Positions 18,194 to 27,018 of a DNA stretch of 40,968 nt are shown here, piece after piece. Position 1 is the stretch's first letter, and the number at the start of each line of letters is the position of its first letter. Under the pieces are notes generated by a model. The model worked only from the letters and a program-made list of their open reading frames with translations, searched no databases and was not told the origin of the DNA. The stretch covers positions 1 to 40,968 of the forward strand of contig JBIIUP010000003.1 of assembly GCA_044339885.1 (NCBI GenBank), read 5' to 3'. The position numbers and the translations under genes were made by a program. This DNA is from Pirellulales bacterium. GTDB lineage: Bacteria > Planctomycetota > Planctomycetia > Pirellulales > UBA1268.

Positions 18194-18811
18194 ATGGCAC
18201 GCGTCGCCGCCAGCCTGATGCTCGTCGTCGCCGGGCTGGCTGCCGGTGGAACGCGGGGCGCGGACGTTCCGCCGCCGCCGCTCGAGGCGTTCGACGACGG
18301 GGGCCTCGCGAGCATGGGAATGGGATCCGTCGCCGCCGCCCTGCGTGGCCTCGAAGATTCCCCGGCGACCGCGGGGGGGCTGCCGTTCGACGTCGTCGTC
18401 AAGGGACCGAGCGGCCCCGACGCCTTGATGGCACCCTTGGCGGCGGAGGTCCGCAGCCGCATCGAGTCGTTCGACGTCGCGGCGGGCGTGAAGGCCGACC
18501 GGCTCGCGCCCGAGGAGGGGGCGGCGGGCTGGACGGGCCGGATCGGCGTGTCGGCGGAGCGGGAGTCGGGCCGGGAGGTGTTCGAGCTGCGGACGAAGCT
18601 CGACAGGAGGCACGAGGTCGGGGTGTTCGGCCTCGAGGTCGGCCCGCGGATCGAGCGGCGGCTGCGGCGGGGCGCCCTGTTCTTCTTCGACGGCAAGGCC
18701 GAGGCTCAGGCGACCCGCTCTGCGGACTCGGGCTGGGCCTTGCCGGGATCGCCGGAGGCCGATGGATTCGGTGCGGTGGGCGTGACGGCTCGCACCGGCT
18801 TCAGCCGCTGA
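18194..18811 (+). CDS. Hypothetical exported protein
   Basis: Signal-peptide-like N terminus, normal GC3-biased codons, C-terminal half rich in alternating beta-strand pattern. Confidence 0.65.
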   Translation: MARVAASLMLVVAGLAAGGTRGADVPPPPLEAFDDGGLASMGMGSVAAALRGLEDSPATAGGLPFDVVVKGPSGPDALMAPLAAEVRSRIESFDVAAGVKADRLAPEEGAAGWTGRIGVSAERESGREVFELRTKLDRRHEVGVFGLEVGPRIERRLRRGALFFFDGKAEAQATRSADSGWALPGSPEADGFGAVGVTARTGFSR

Positions 18812-18835
18812 CGCCGCCTGAGAGCGGGCGGCGAT

Positions 18836-19035
18836 CCGGTCGCACGGCGACCGGTCTACCGAACCGCGTGGCGAGTTCCGGAGCGAGTTGCCGGATTCGG
18901 TAGCCCGGTTGCCGGATTCGGTAGCCCGGTTGCCGTGCAACCGGGAATCCGGTCGCACGGCGACCGGTCTACCACTCGGTCGCACGGCGACCGGTCTACC
19001 ACCCGGTCGCACGGCGACCGGTCTACCGCCCGGTC
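18836..19035. repeat. Family-2 GTAG-type REP cluster (BIME/REPIN-like)
   Basis: Minus-strand GTAG-A-CCGGTCGC-cgt-GCGACCGG copies at 18836, 18949, 18976 and 19003 (27-bp period). A plus-strand GTAG-CCCGGTTGC-cgt-GCAACCGGG lies at 18921-18945, with 21-bp truncated repeats upstream. Confidence 0.9.
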
Positions 19036-20530
19036 AGGCGAGGTCACGGTCCTGGAACAGCACGAGCGCTACCAGCAGGGCGACCGTCGCGTAGAGCGCC
19101 GCGTAGACCGCCGCCCACCCCAGGTAGGCCCAGGGAATCGCCACGCCCCCCACCACCGCCGCCTCGATCGTGAAGTGGTCCAGCACGGGGAGCAGCGTGG
19201 CGAACAGCTGCCCGACGAACCGCACGATCGCGAACCGGCCGACGCTCGACTGCACGATGAGCGGCACGAGGTGCCCGAGGCTGTAGACCGCGAAGCAGAC
19301 GATGAGGTTCGGCACCATGCCCAGCCGCGTGGAGACGGCGAGGCTCACTGCCGCCATGACGATCGTCTCCAGGAGCGAGAGCACGAGCCCGGGTACGACC
19401 GTGATCATCTCGTCGGCGCAGTCCCGCCACAGCGGGTCGACCTTCGCCCCTTCGCGGGCGTCGTAGACCACCTTGAGGCTCGTCGTCGCCAGGAGCACCC
19501 CCCCCAGGATCGTGAACACGAGCACGGCCACGAGCACCAGGCCGGCGAACTTGCCGAGGATGAACTGCCACCGCTGGAGCGGCTTGGAGAGCACCGTCAG
19601 GGCCGTCCGCCCCTCGATCTCGTCGGCCACGGAGATGCTCGCGGTCCAGACGACGACCAGCAGCGCGAGGACCTTGATGAGCGTGAGCCCGCTGTCCTTG
19701 AGCATCTTCACGTCCTCGCCGAACGTGTTGTAGGGAATGACGATGAAGAGCACGAGCAGCACCGAGCCGACGACGATGGCGACGGTGAACACCGGCTGCC
19801 CGATCGCCTCCTTCGTGGTCGCCGCCGCGATCGCCGCCAGCCTGGGGCAGGCCAGGCGGAAGAGGGCGTAGGTCGCGGCCAGGGTGACGAGGACGAGGAA
19901 GGTCCAGGGGAGGATCGCCGCCTGCGGGAACTCCGGCGTGAGCCGCCAGTCGATCGCCAGCCGGGCCGGCTCCACACCCGAGTTCACGGCCTCCAGCCGC
20001 GGCTGCTGTCCGAGGAACGGGTTCGTGGCACCCTCCGCCCTCGTCCACGTCCAGGCCTTCGCGGCCTCGAGTTCGATGTCGGGCACCTTCTCCAGCGCGA
20101 AGCCCGCGATGGGCTGCTGCGTCCGCACGGTGAGCGGCCTGTCGGTCGCAAGTTCGAGAAACTGCAGCTCCTGCGGCCGGATCTCCAGCGGGATCTCGAC
20201 CGTGGCCCCGCCCGCGACGACGTCCACCGTCCGGGAGCCGTGGCCGCCGGAGACCATGCGGACCAGCGACCGGGCGATCTGCCCCGCTGGCACCAGGGGC
20301 GTGAAGGCCACGGCCACGGCGGCGTAAACCAGGAGCAGCCAGGCCAGCGGACCGAGGAACCCGTCCCGCAGGCTGGCCCGCAGCTCCGCCCCGGCACGCG
20401 GCCGCACCACCGCGATCAGCGCCTGGCAGGCGAGCACGGCCGCCACGGCCGCCAGGGCGCCGACGCCCAGCAGCCAGATCGGCGGCAGGGCGGTGAGCCA
20501 GCGGTTGGCGAGCAGCGGTACCACGGACAT
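19034..20530 (-). CDS. ABC-2 type transporter permease with an N-terminal extracytoplasmic insertion
   Basis: Multiple TM helices; SISVADEIEGRTALTVLSKPLQRWQFILGKFAG and LFQDRDLA are typical ABC2_membrane signatures. Confidence 0.85.
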   Translation of the reverse strand: MSVVPLLANRWLTALPPIWLLGVGALAAVAAVLACQALIAVVRPRAGAELRASLRDGFLGPLAWLLLVYAAVAVAFTPLVPAGQIARSLVRMVSGGHGSRTVDVVAGGATVEIPLEIRPQELQFLELATDRPLTVRTQQPIAGFALEKVPDIELEAAKAWTWTRAEGATNPFLGQQPRLEAVNSGVEPARLAIDWRLTPEFPQAAILPWTFLVLVTLAATYALFRLACPRLAAIAAATTKEAIGQPVFTVAIVVGSVLLVLFIVIPYNTFGEDVKMLKDSGLTLIKVLALLVVVWTASISVADEIEGRTALTVLSKPLQRWQFILGKFAGLVLVAVLVFTILGGVLLATTSLKVVYDAREGAKVDPLWRDCADEMITVVPGLVLSLLETIVMAAVSLAVSTRLGMVPNLIVCFAVYSLGHLVPLIVQSSVGRFAIVRFVGQLFATLLPVLDHFTIEAAVVGGVAIPWAYLGWAAVYAALYATVALLVALVLFQDRDLA

Positions 20531-20629
20531 CCCTCACCCGGTTGGGCGTGCGACCGACCCTTCGAGCCTCGATCGCGATCCCGCAGGAACTTCGGGATTA
20601 TGCCCTCCCGGGCCGGCCGGCGGTAGCGG

Positions 20630-21868
20630 TCAGCCGCCGGCCGGCCCGGCGAGCACCGTCGCCGCGGGGCCGTCGAGCCGCCAGGTCGCCAGGACGCGGT
20701 CGAGGTCGTCACGGGTGAGCGACTCGACGATCGCGAGGGCGTCGGCCACCGAGCGGTAGACGCCGGAGTGGGCCCACTCCCCGCCGACCTCGAACAGCCG
20801 CCGCCGCGGCCGCTCGCCGGCCAGCACGACCCGGCTCGCCAGCTTGTTGCGGGCCCGCTCGAACTCGCCGGAGTCGATGCCCCGGGCCGCCGCCTCGCCG
20901 TAGATGGCGACGATCCTCTCGAGCAGATCGTCGGCGTCGGCGGCATCGCAGGAGAGCTGCGTCGTGAACAGCCCGGCGTCGAGGAACTCCTGGTGGTGGA
21001 GCGTGGCCTGCTCGGCGTCGCCGGGATCGACGAGGGCCCAGTAGAGCCGGCTGCCCGAGCCGTCGCCGAGAACGGTGGCCAGGAGCTTGGCCGCAAACCG
21101 GTCGGCGTGGGTCTCCGCCGGGCCGGCCGACATCCGCACGCCGTACTCGAGGGTCGCGGCCGGGCGGACGATCCGCTGGACGCACGTCGCGGCGGCCACG
21201 CCCGGCGCCGCCGGCACCAGCCGCGGCGATTCCGCCTGCGGCTCCCAGTCGCCGCACGTCCGCCGGGCGGCGGCCACCAGCGCTTCGAAGTCGACGGCCC
21301 CCGTGGCCGCGAGCACCGTCGTGCCGGGGGCGTACCGTCGCCGGTGGTAGTCCCGCATCGCCTCCACGGGCAGCGCGGTGATCGAGTCGACCGTCCCCAG
21401 CACGCTCCGCCCCAGCGGATGACCGGCGAAAAAGTCGGCGCGACACCGCTCGTCGGCCCCGAAGGGGGGCTGGTCGTCGTACATCCGGATCTCCTCCAGG
21501 ATGACGAGCTTTTCCGTGGCGAAGTCCTCCGCACGGAGCGCCGGCCGCATCATCGCAGCCAGCAGGTCCACCGCCTCGTCCTGCCGCTCGGGCAGCACGG
21601 CCGCGTAGTAGACGGTGTCCTCCTCGCTCGTGAAGGCGTTGGCGCCGGCCCCCATGCCGTCGAACCGGCGGTTGATCTCGTCGCCCGAGAGCTCGGCTGT
21701 GCCCTTGAAGACCATGTGCTCGAGGAAGTGGCTCACGCCCCAGAGCGCGTCGCTCTCGTCGCGGGCGCCGGTCTTCACGAAGAACCCGATGCTCGTGGAG
21801 ACGGCGCCGGCGGTCGTCTCGGCGACCACCTCCAGGCCGTTCCCGAGCCGTTCATGCAGGAACGGCAC
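20630..21868 (-). CDS. M16B zinc peptidase, catalytic subunit
   Basis: GVSHFLEHMVFKGT (HXXEH), NAFTS, EKLVILEEI. Confidence 0.93.
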   Translation of the reverse strand: MPFLHERLGNGLEVVAETTAGAVSTSIGFFVKTGARDESDALWGVSHFLEHMVFKGTAELSGDEINRRFDGMGAGANAFTSEEDTVYYAAVLPERQDEAVDLLAAMMRPALRAEDFATEKLVILEEIRMYDDQPPFGADERCRADFFAGHPLGRSVLGTVDSITALPVEAMRDYHRRRYAPGTTVLAATGAVDFEALVAAARRTCGDWEPQAESPRLVPAAPGVAAATCVQRIVRPAATLEYGVRMSAGPAETHADRFAAKLLATVLGDGSGSRLYWALVDPGDAEQATLHHQEFLDAGLFTTQLSCDAADADDLLERIVAIYGEAAARGIDSGEFERARNKLASRVVLAGERPRRRLFEVGGEWAHSGVYRSVADALAIVESLTRDDLDRVLATWRLDGPAATVLAGPAGG

Positions 21869-23099
21869 GCGGCACCTCCAGGGGCTCGCGGCCCAGGCAC
21901 ACGACGGAGAGGTCGCACGGCGGCCGCGCGGCCAACCAGGCCTCGATTCCGGCGACGGTGAGCCGATCGTAGCGGGCGAGTTCCTCGGCGAGGGTCTGCA
22001 CCCGGCCGAGATGGTACCACTGCCGCGCGATCGCGCCGGCCCGCGCCGCGCTCGACTCCTGCTGCATCACCAGGCCGCTCTTGACGCGGGCCTTCACCCG
22101 GTCGAGCTCCTCGGCCGTCAGCGTGCCCGCCAGGCGGTCGATCTCCGCCAGGATGACGTCGAGCGTCTCCTGGGCCCGCGCGGCCGTCGTGCCCGCGTGG
22201 CAGACGGCCATCGCGAAGTCGCGGTGGGTCTGGTAGCCGGCGGCGACGCTGTAGCAGAGGCCGCGCCGCTCGCGGACCTCCGTGAACAGCCGCGAGCTCG
22301 ACCCGCCCCCGAGGATGCCCAGCGCCGCGGTGGCCTCGTACGACTCGTCGCTGCGGTACGGGGGCGCCGACCAGGCCAGGGCCACGTGGGTCTGCTGGGC
22401 GTCGTGCGGCACGTGACGGAACCGCGGGCCGCGCGGGCCCTCGGCCACGGCCGGAGCGGCCGCGGCCTCCCAGTCGCCGAACAACCGCTCCATCCGGGCC
22501 ACGAAGTCGTCCCAATCGATGCGTCCCGCGACGGCCACGATGGTGTCCCGGGGGCCATGGTGGTCCGCGACGAACCGGCGGACGTCGGCCACCGTGAGTC
22601 CTGCGACGTCGGCGGAGAGCCCCTCGGAGGGCATGCCCCACGGCGACGGAAAGTGGAGCTGCCGCAGGGCCAGCATCGTGCGGTGCGCCGGGTCGTCCTC
22701 GGTGCCCGCGAGGTTCTGGAGAACCATCTGCCGCGCCGCCTCGAACTCGCCGTCGGGCAGCCGCGGCCGGCGGACGAGATCGGCGTAGATCGGCAGCGCC
22801 AGGGGAAGCTGGCGGGCGACCATGGCGCCCGACAGGCTCGCATGCGTCGTGCTCACCGCCTGCGACCACTGCACGCCCGCCGACTCCAGGTCCTCCACGA
22901 CCTGCCGGCTCGTGCGGTCGCCGGCGCCGCGGAGGCACATCTCGCCGGCGAGCGTGGCCAGGCCGCACCGCCCCGGGCCGTCGTGGATCGCACCGGCGGG
23001 CACGTGGAAGGCGATGGCCGCCGACTCGACGTGCGGCAGGTGCTCGCCCAGGAGCGTGATGCCGTTGTCGAGCGTCGCGGTGAAGATCGCCTGCTTCAA
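21852..23099 (-). CDS. M16B peptidase, non-catalytic subunit
   Basis: M16 fold motifs, but GLATLAGEM replaces HXXEH; ILGGGSSSRLFTEVRERRGLCYSV keeps the R/Y motif. TTG start at 23099. Confidence 0.9.
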   Translation of the reverse strand: MKQAIFTATLDNGITLLGEHLPHVESAAIAFHVPAGAIHDGPGRCGLATLAGEMCLRGAGDRTSRQVVEDLESAGVQWSQAVSTTHASLSGAMVARQLPLALPIYADLVRRPRLPDGEFEAARQMVLQNLAGTEDDPAHRTMLALRQLHFPSPWGMPSEGLSADVAGLTVADVRRFVADHHGPRDTIVAVAGRIDWDDFVARMERLFGDWEAAAAPAVAEGPRGPRFRHVPHDAQQTHVALAWSAPPYRSDESYEATAALGILGGGSSSRLFTEVRERRGLCYSVAAGYQTHRDFAMAVCHAGTTAARAQETLDVILAEIDRLAGTLTAEELDRVKARVKSGLVMQQESSAARAGAIARQWYHLGRVQTLAEELARYDRLTVAGIEAWLAARPPCDLSVVCLGREPLEVPRAVPA

Positions 23100-23136
23100 G
23101 GATCGCTCTGTGGAGGGTGCGCCGGCCGTACCGCGT

Positions 23137-23802
23137 TTAGAATGCCGTGCCGGCGGGCAGGTCGGCAACGGCGATCCCGGGGTCCAGCCCGGGGGCCAGG
23201 TCCGACGGTTCGCCCGCGCCGGCGGCGGCCTCGGCGAGGTCGGTCACCTTGTAGATGGTCCGCGTGCGCCGGAAGCCCAGCCGCTGGTAGAGCCGCACGG
23301 CCCCGCAGTTGTCGGCCGTCACCTCCAGCGACACGGTGCCGATCCCGTGGCTGCGGAAGCCGGCGAGCGCCTGGTCGATGAGGCAGGATCCGAGGCCGCG
23401 GCCCCGGTGGCCGGGCACGACGCCCACGTTCTGGATCATCCCGCCGCGGCCGCGGTCGAGCACCCCCTGGATCGTGCCGCACCACTCGAGTTCGGCGGCC
23501 GAGTCGCCCCAGGCGACGAGCCAGGTGGCCAGCGGCAGGAAGCCGGGCTTGTTGCGGATCTCGCGCATCAGCCGCCGGCAGCCCTCGAGGTTCCCGAGGC
23601 AGGGGAACACCCGGGCGTCGATCTCGCCACGGAACGCCCGGTACTTCGTGCGGGCGTGGACGTCGAGGACGGCCTCGTTCCAGGGCACGAACCGGTAGCC
23701 CGCGGGGAGCGGGGCCTCTCCGCGCCGCACCGCGAGGCGAGCCTCCGGGCGAACCTCCAGGCGAACCTCCATGCGGAACCGCTTGAAGTAGGTCGAGTCC
23801 AT
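23137..23802 (-). CDS. GNAT family N-acetyltransferase
   Basis: NVGVVPGHRGRGLG (motif A) and LEVTADNCGAVRLYQRLGF (motif B); MDSTYFKRFRM start. Confidence 0.9.
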   Translation of the reverse strand: MDSTYFKRFRMEVRLEVRPEARLAVRRGEAPLPAGYRFVPWNEAVLDVHARTKYRAFRGEIDARVFPCLGNLEGCRRLMREIRNKPGFLPLATWLVAWGDSAAELEWCGTIQGVLDRGRGGMIQNVGVVPGHRGRGLGSCLIDQALAGFRSHGIGTVSLEVTADNCGAVRLYQRLGFRRTRTIYKVTDLAEAAAGAGEPSDLAPGLDPGIAVADLPAGTAF

Positions 23803-23925
23803 CGGTTCGCGCTCCGGCCCGGTCACCCGTTCGTCGTGACCATAAGAGTATGGTCCATTCCGGTCAACGCGCCGGCTTCCCCGCCCCGTCGGCCGCCCGC
23901 GAAACCGGCAGTCCCATGACGCTCG

Positions 23926-23955
23926 TTGCAACCGCCGCAGCCGGCAGGGTAGGAT
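23926..23955 (+). promoter_or_regulatory. Putative sigma70 promoter of the tro operon
   Basis: TTGCAA (23926)-N18-TAGGAT (23950). Confidence 0.5.
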
Positions 23956-23993
23956 TTTGGACGCTCAAAAAATGTTTTTTGACCCCTCAAAAA
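23954..23993. promoter_or_regulatory. Two tandem DtxR/TroR-like palindromic operators
   Basis: ATTTTGG-acgc-TCAAAAA (23954-23971) and the perfect TTTTTGA-cccc-TCAAAAA (23976-23993), 22 bp apart, form an AT island directly before the metal ABC operon. Confidence 0.7.
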
Positions 23994-24082
23994 TTCGCCG
24001 TACCCGGCGCGGCTCCGGCCGTGGCGGAAGCTGCGGCCGCAGGCCCGGCTGCGAGGGGCGTCCCGGCCGCGGAACGGCCCTG

Positions 24083-25012
24083 GTGATCGGCGTCGCCGCC
24101 GCCCTGGCGGCGGCCTGCCTGGCGGGCTGTTCCCCGGGGTCCGCTCGGACCGCAGGCTCGTCACGCCCCCGCATCCTCTGCACCACGACGATCGTCGCGG
24201 ATCTGGTCCGGGAAGTCGCCGGCGACCGGGCCGAGGTGGAGAGCCTCATGGCCGCGGGCATCGACCCGCACTCCTACCGGGCCACGCCGCGGGATGCCGA
24301 CCGCCTGGCGACCGCCGACCTCGTCGTGGCCCACGGCCTGCGTCTGGAGGGAAAGCTCGCCGACCTGCTGGCCCGGCTCGGCGACCGCGTGCCGGTCGTG
24401 GCCGTCGCCGACGCGGTGCCCCCGGAACGGCTCCTCGGAGTGGGGGCTGGGCAGTTCGATCCCCACGTCTGGTTCGACGCCGCGCTCTGGGCCGGCTGCG
24501 CGGCCCCCGTGGCCGCAGCCCTCGCCCGCATCGATCCCGACGGTGCCGCCGCCTACAGCGGCCGCGCCGCGGCGTGGGCCGCGCGGCTGGAGGCCCTCGA
24601 CGCCGAGCTCCGCGCGCGGCTGGAATCGATCCCGCCGCCGCGCCGCGTGCTCGTCACCGCGCACGACGCGTTCCGCTACTTCGGCCGGGCCTACGGGATC
24701 GAGGTCGTCGGTGTGCAGGGCGTGAGCACCGAGAGCGAGGCGGGCCTGGCCGACATCAACGGCCTCGTCGAGTTGCTCGTCGACCGCCGCATCCCGGCCG
24801 TCTTTCTGGAGACGAGCGTTTCCGACCGCAACGTCGCGGCGCTCGTCGAGGGGGCGGCGGCCCGGGGGCACGTGGTGACCCTGGGCGGCCGGCTCTATTC
24901 CGACTCGCTCGGGGCCGCAGGGAGCGGCGCCGAGACGCTCGCGGAGGCGCTGGAGACCAACGTCCGGACCATCGTCGCCGCGCTGGCGGCTCCCGCCGCG
25001 GACGGAGGCTAG
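24083..25012 (+). CDS. troA: Mn/Zn/Fe ABC transporter substrate-binding lipoprotein (TroA type); the start may be upstream (in-frame ATG at 23972)
   Basis: Lipobox LAGC; ligand motifs DPHSY, DPHVW, TAHDAF and YSDSLG (His/His/His/Asp, as in TroA). Confidence 0.9.
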   Translation: MIGVAAALAAACLAGCSPGSARTAGSSRPRILCTTTIVADLVREVAGDRAEVESLMAAGIDPHSYRATPRDADRLATADLVVAHGLRLEGKLADLLARLGDRVPVVAVADAVPPERLLGVGAGQFDPHVWFDAALWAGCAAPVAAALARIDPDGAAAYSGRAAAWAARLEALDAELRARLESIPPPRRVLVTAHDAFRYFGRAYGIEVVGVQGVSTESEAGLADINGLVELLVDRRIPAVFLETSVSDRNVAALVEGAAARGHVVTLGGRLYSDSLGAAGSGAETLAEALETNVRTIVAALAAPAADGG

Positions 25013-25015
25013 GCC

Positions 25016-25798
25016 GTGCCCCCCGTCGCGCTCGGGCCGCCGCTCGTCGAGTTCCACGACGTGACCGTCGCCTACGGCCGGCGGCCCGTGCTGTGGAACA
25101 TCGACCTCGCGATCGAAACGGCCTGCCTCTTCGGCGTCATCGGCCCCAACGGCGCGGGCAAGAGCACGCTCCTGAAGGCGGCGCTGGGACTGGTGCCGGT
25201 GGTGGGAGGCACGGTGCGGTTCGAGGGGCGGCCGCTCGACGAGGTCCGCCGCCGGGTCGGCTACGTGCCGCAGCGCGAGACCGTCGACTGGGATTTTCCC
25301 GCCAGCGTGATGGACGTGGTCCTCATGGGCACCTACGCGGGACTGGGATGGTTCCGCCGCCCCGGCCCGCGGGAACGGGCGGTGGCCCGGGAGAGCCTCG
25401 ACCGCGTGGGCCTGGCGGACGTCGCCGACCGGCAGATCGGCCGGCTCTCCGGGGGCCAGCAGCAGCGGGTGTTCCTCGCCCGGGCGTTGGCGCAGGAGGC
25501 GCGGATCTACCTGCTCGACGAGCCGATGGCCGGCGTCGACGCACGATCGCAGGAGCGGATCTTCGCGGTGCTCGCCGAGTTGCGTGCCGAGGGCCGCCTC
25601 GTGATCGTGGTGCACCACGACCTGCGGACCGCCGCGGAGTGGTTCGATCGGGTGGCGCTGGTCGACATGCGGCTGGTCGCGGCCGGTCCGACGGCCGCCG
25701 TGCTCACGCCGGAGAACCTGCGGCGCACCTACGCCGGACAGATGGAACTGCTCGACGAGATCGGCAGGGCGGTCGCCTCCCGGGGCCGCACGCCGTGA
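25016..25798 (+). CDS. troB: Metal ABC transporter ATP-binding protein (TroB/MntB type)
   Basis: [40 protein letters not shown]. Confidence 0.93.
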   Translation: MPPVALGPPLVEFHDVTVAYGRRPVLWNIDLAIETACLFGVIGPNGAGKSTLLKAALGLVPVVGGTVRFEGRPLDEVRRRVGYVPQRETVDWDFPASVMDVVLMGTYAGLGWFRRPGPRERAVARESLDRVGLADVADRQIGRLSGGQQQRVFLARALAQEARIYLLDEPMAGVDARSQERIFAVLAELRAEGRLVIVVHHDLRTAAEWFDRVALVDMRLVAAGPTAAVLTPENLRRTYAGQMELLDEIGRAVASRGRTP

Positions 25799-27018
25799 CC
25801 GCCGCCATCCTCACGCACAACACGCTGGTGGTGGCGGCCGGCGTCGCAGCGGTGGGGTTCGCCGCGGGCATGGTGGGCGGCCTGGGGCTGCTGCGGAAGC
25901 GGCCGCTCGTGGCCGACGCCGCGGCCCACGCCACGCTCCTGGGGGTCGCCGGCGGGTTTCTCGCCACCGGCCGCCGCGACCTGCCGACGCTCCTCGCCGG
26001 CGCGCTGGTCACCGCGGTGGCCGCGCTGGGCACGCTCGTGCTCGTGCGGCGGTTCACCCGGACCCGCGACGACGCGGCCACCGCGATCACGATCGGCGTC
26101 GGCTTCGGTGCCGGGATCGCCCTCCTCTCCGGCATCACCGCCCGCGGCATCCCCGGCGCCGCAGGCCTGGGGCAGTTCCTCCTCGGCCACACCGCGGCGC
26201 TCGCCTCCCGCGACGCCCTGCTGTTGGCCGCGGTGTCGGCCGTCACGGTGGGGGTGGTGTGGCTCGGCTTCAAGGAGGCGATGCTCGTGGCCTTCGACGC
26301 CGAGTTCGCGGCCGCCACGGGCTGGCCGGTCGCCGCAATCGACCTGGCGGTGGTCACGCTCGTGGCGGTGATGGTCGTCGTCGGTCTGCCCGCGGCGGGG
26401 GCGGTGCTCGTCACGGGGCTGGTGGTGATCCCGCCCGTCGCGGCCCGCCAGTGGACCGACCGCGGGTCGACGCTCCTGCTGCTCGCCGGGCTGTTCGGGC
26501 TGGCGGCGGCGGGGGCCGGCGTGATCGTCGGCGCCGCGGCGCCGCGGATCGCCGCGGCGGTGGGGCTGCAGACCCCGACGGGCCTGGCCACCGGCCCGCT
26601 GGTGGTGCTCGCGGCCGCCGCGATCGCCGCCGTGTCGTTCGTGGCGGCGCCGGACCGGGGCTGGATCGTGCGCGGCCTCCGGGCGGCCGAGGAGCGGCGC
26701 CGCTGGACCGCGGGGCTGATCCTCGACGCCTGCCTGCGGGCCGCCGGCGACGGTGCGGGCCGCAGCTTCTCCGCCGCCGCGGTGCGGGCCGCGACCGGGG
26801 GCGGCCGGCGGGCCGTGGCCCGCGGCTGGGAATCACTCGTGCGGGAGGGAATCGTCGCGCCGGAGTCGGCCGCCGACACCTGGCGACTGACGGAGACGGG
26901 CCGGGCCGTCGCGGCGGAGCGCCGGGCGAGGATCCGCGGCTGGGAGGCCGCCTTCGATGCGGCGCCGGCCGCCGCCCGCGAGGCCTTCTCGCTGGAGCTC
27001 CGGGAGCCGCCCCGATGA
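25795..27018 (+). CDS. troC: Metal ABC permease (ABC-3, TroC type) with a C-terminal degenerate DtxR-like winged-helix tail
   Basis: [36 protein letters not shown]; tail SLVREGIV...[15 protein letters not shown] overlap with troB. Confidence 0.88.
   Translation: MTAAILTHNTLVVAAGVAAVGFAAGMVGGLGLLRKRPLVADAAAHATLLGVAGGFLATGRRDLPTLLAGALVTAVAALGTLVLVRRFTRTRDDAATAITIGVGFGAGIALLSGITARGIPGAAGLGQFLLGHTAALASRDALLLAAVSAVTVGVVWLGFKEAMLVAFDAEFAAATGWPVAAIDLAVVTLVAVMVVVGLPAAGAVLVTGLVVIPPVAARQWTDRGSTLLLLAGLFGLAAAGAGVIVGAAAPRIAAAVGLQTPTGLATGPLVVLAAAAIAAVSFVAAPDRGWIVRGLRAAEERRRWTAGLILDACLRAAGDGAGRSFSAAAVRAATGGGRRAVARGWESLVREGIVAPESAADTWRLTETGRAVAAERRARIRGWEAAFDAAPAAAREAFSLELREPPR

Noticed and set aside
18836-19035. 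CRISPR array
   Set aside because: The palindromic repeats are separated by only 2-3 nt or are inverted; there are no unique 30-40 bp spacers and no cas genes. The GTAG-hairpin form fits REP.
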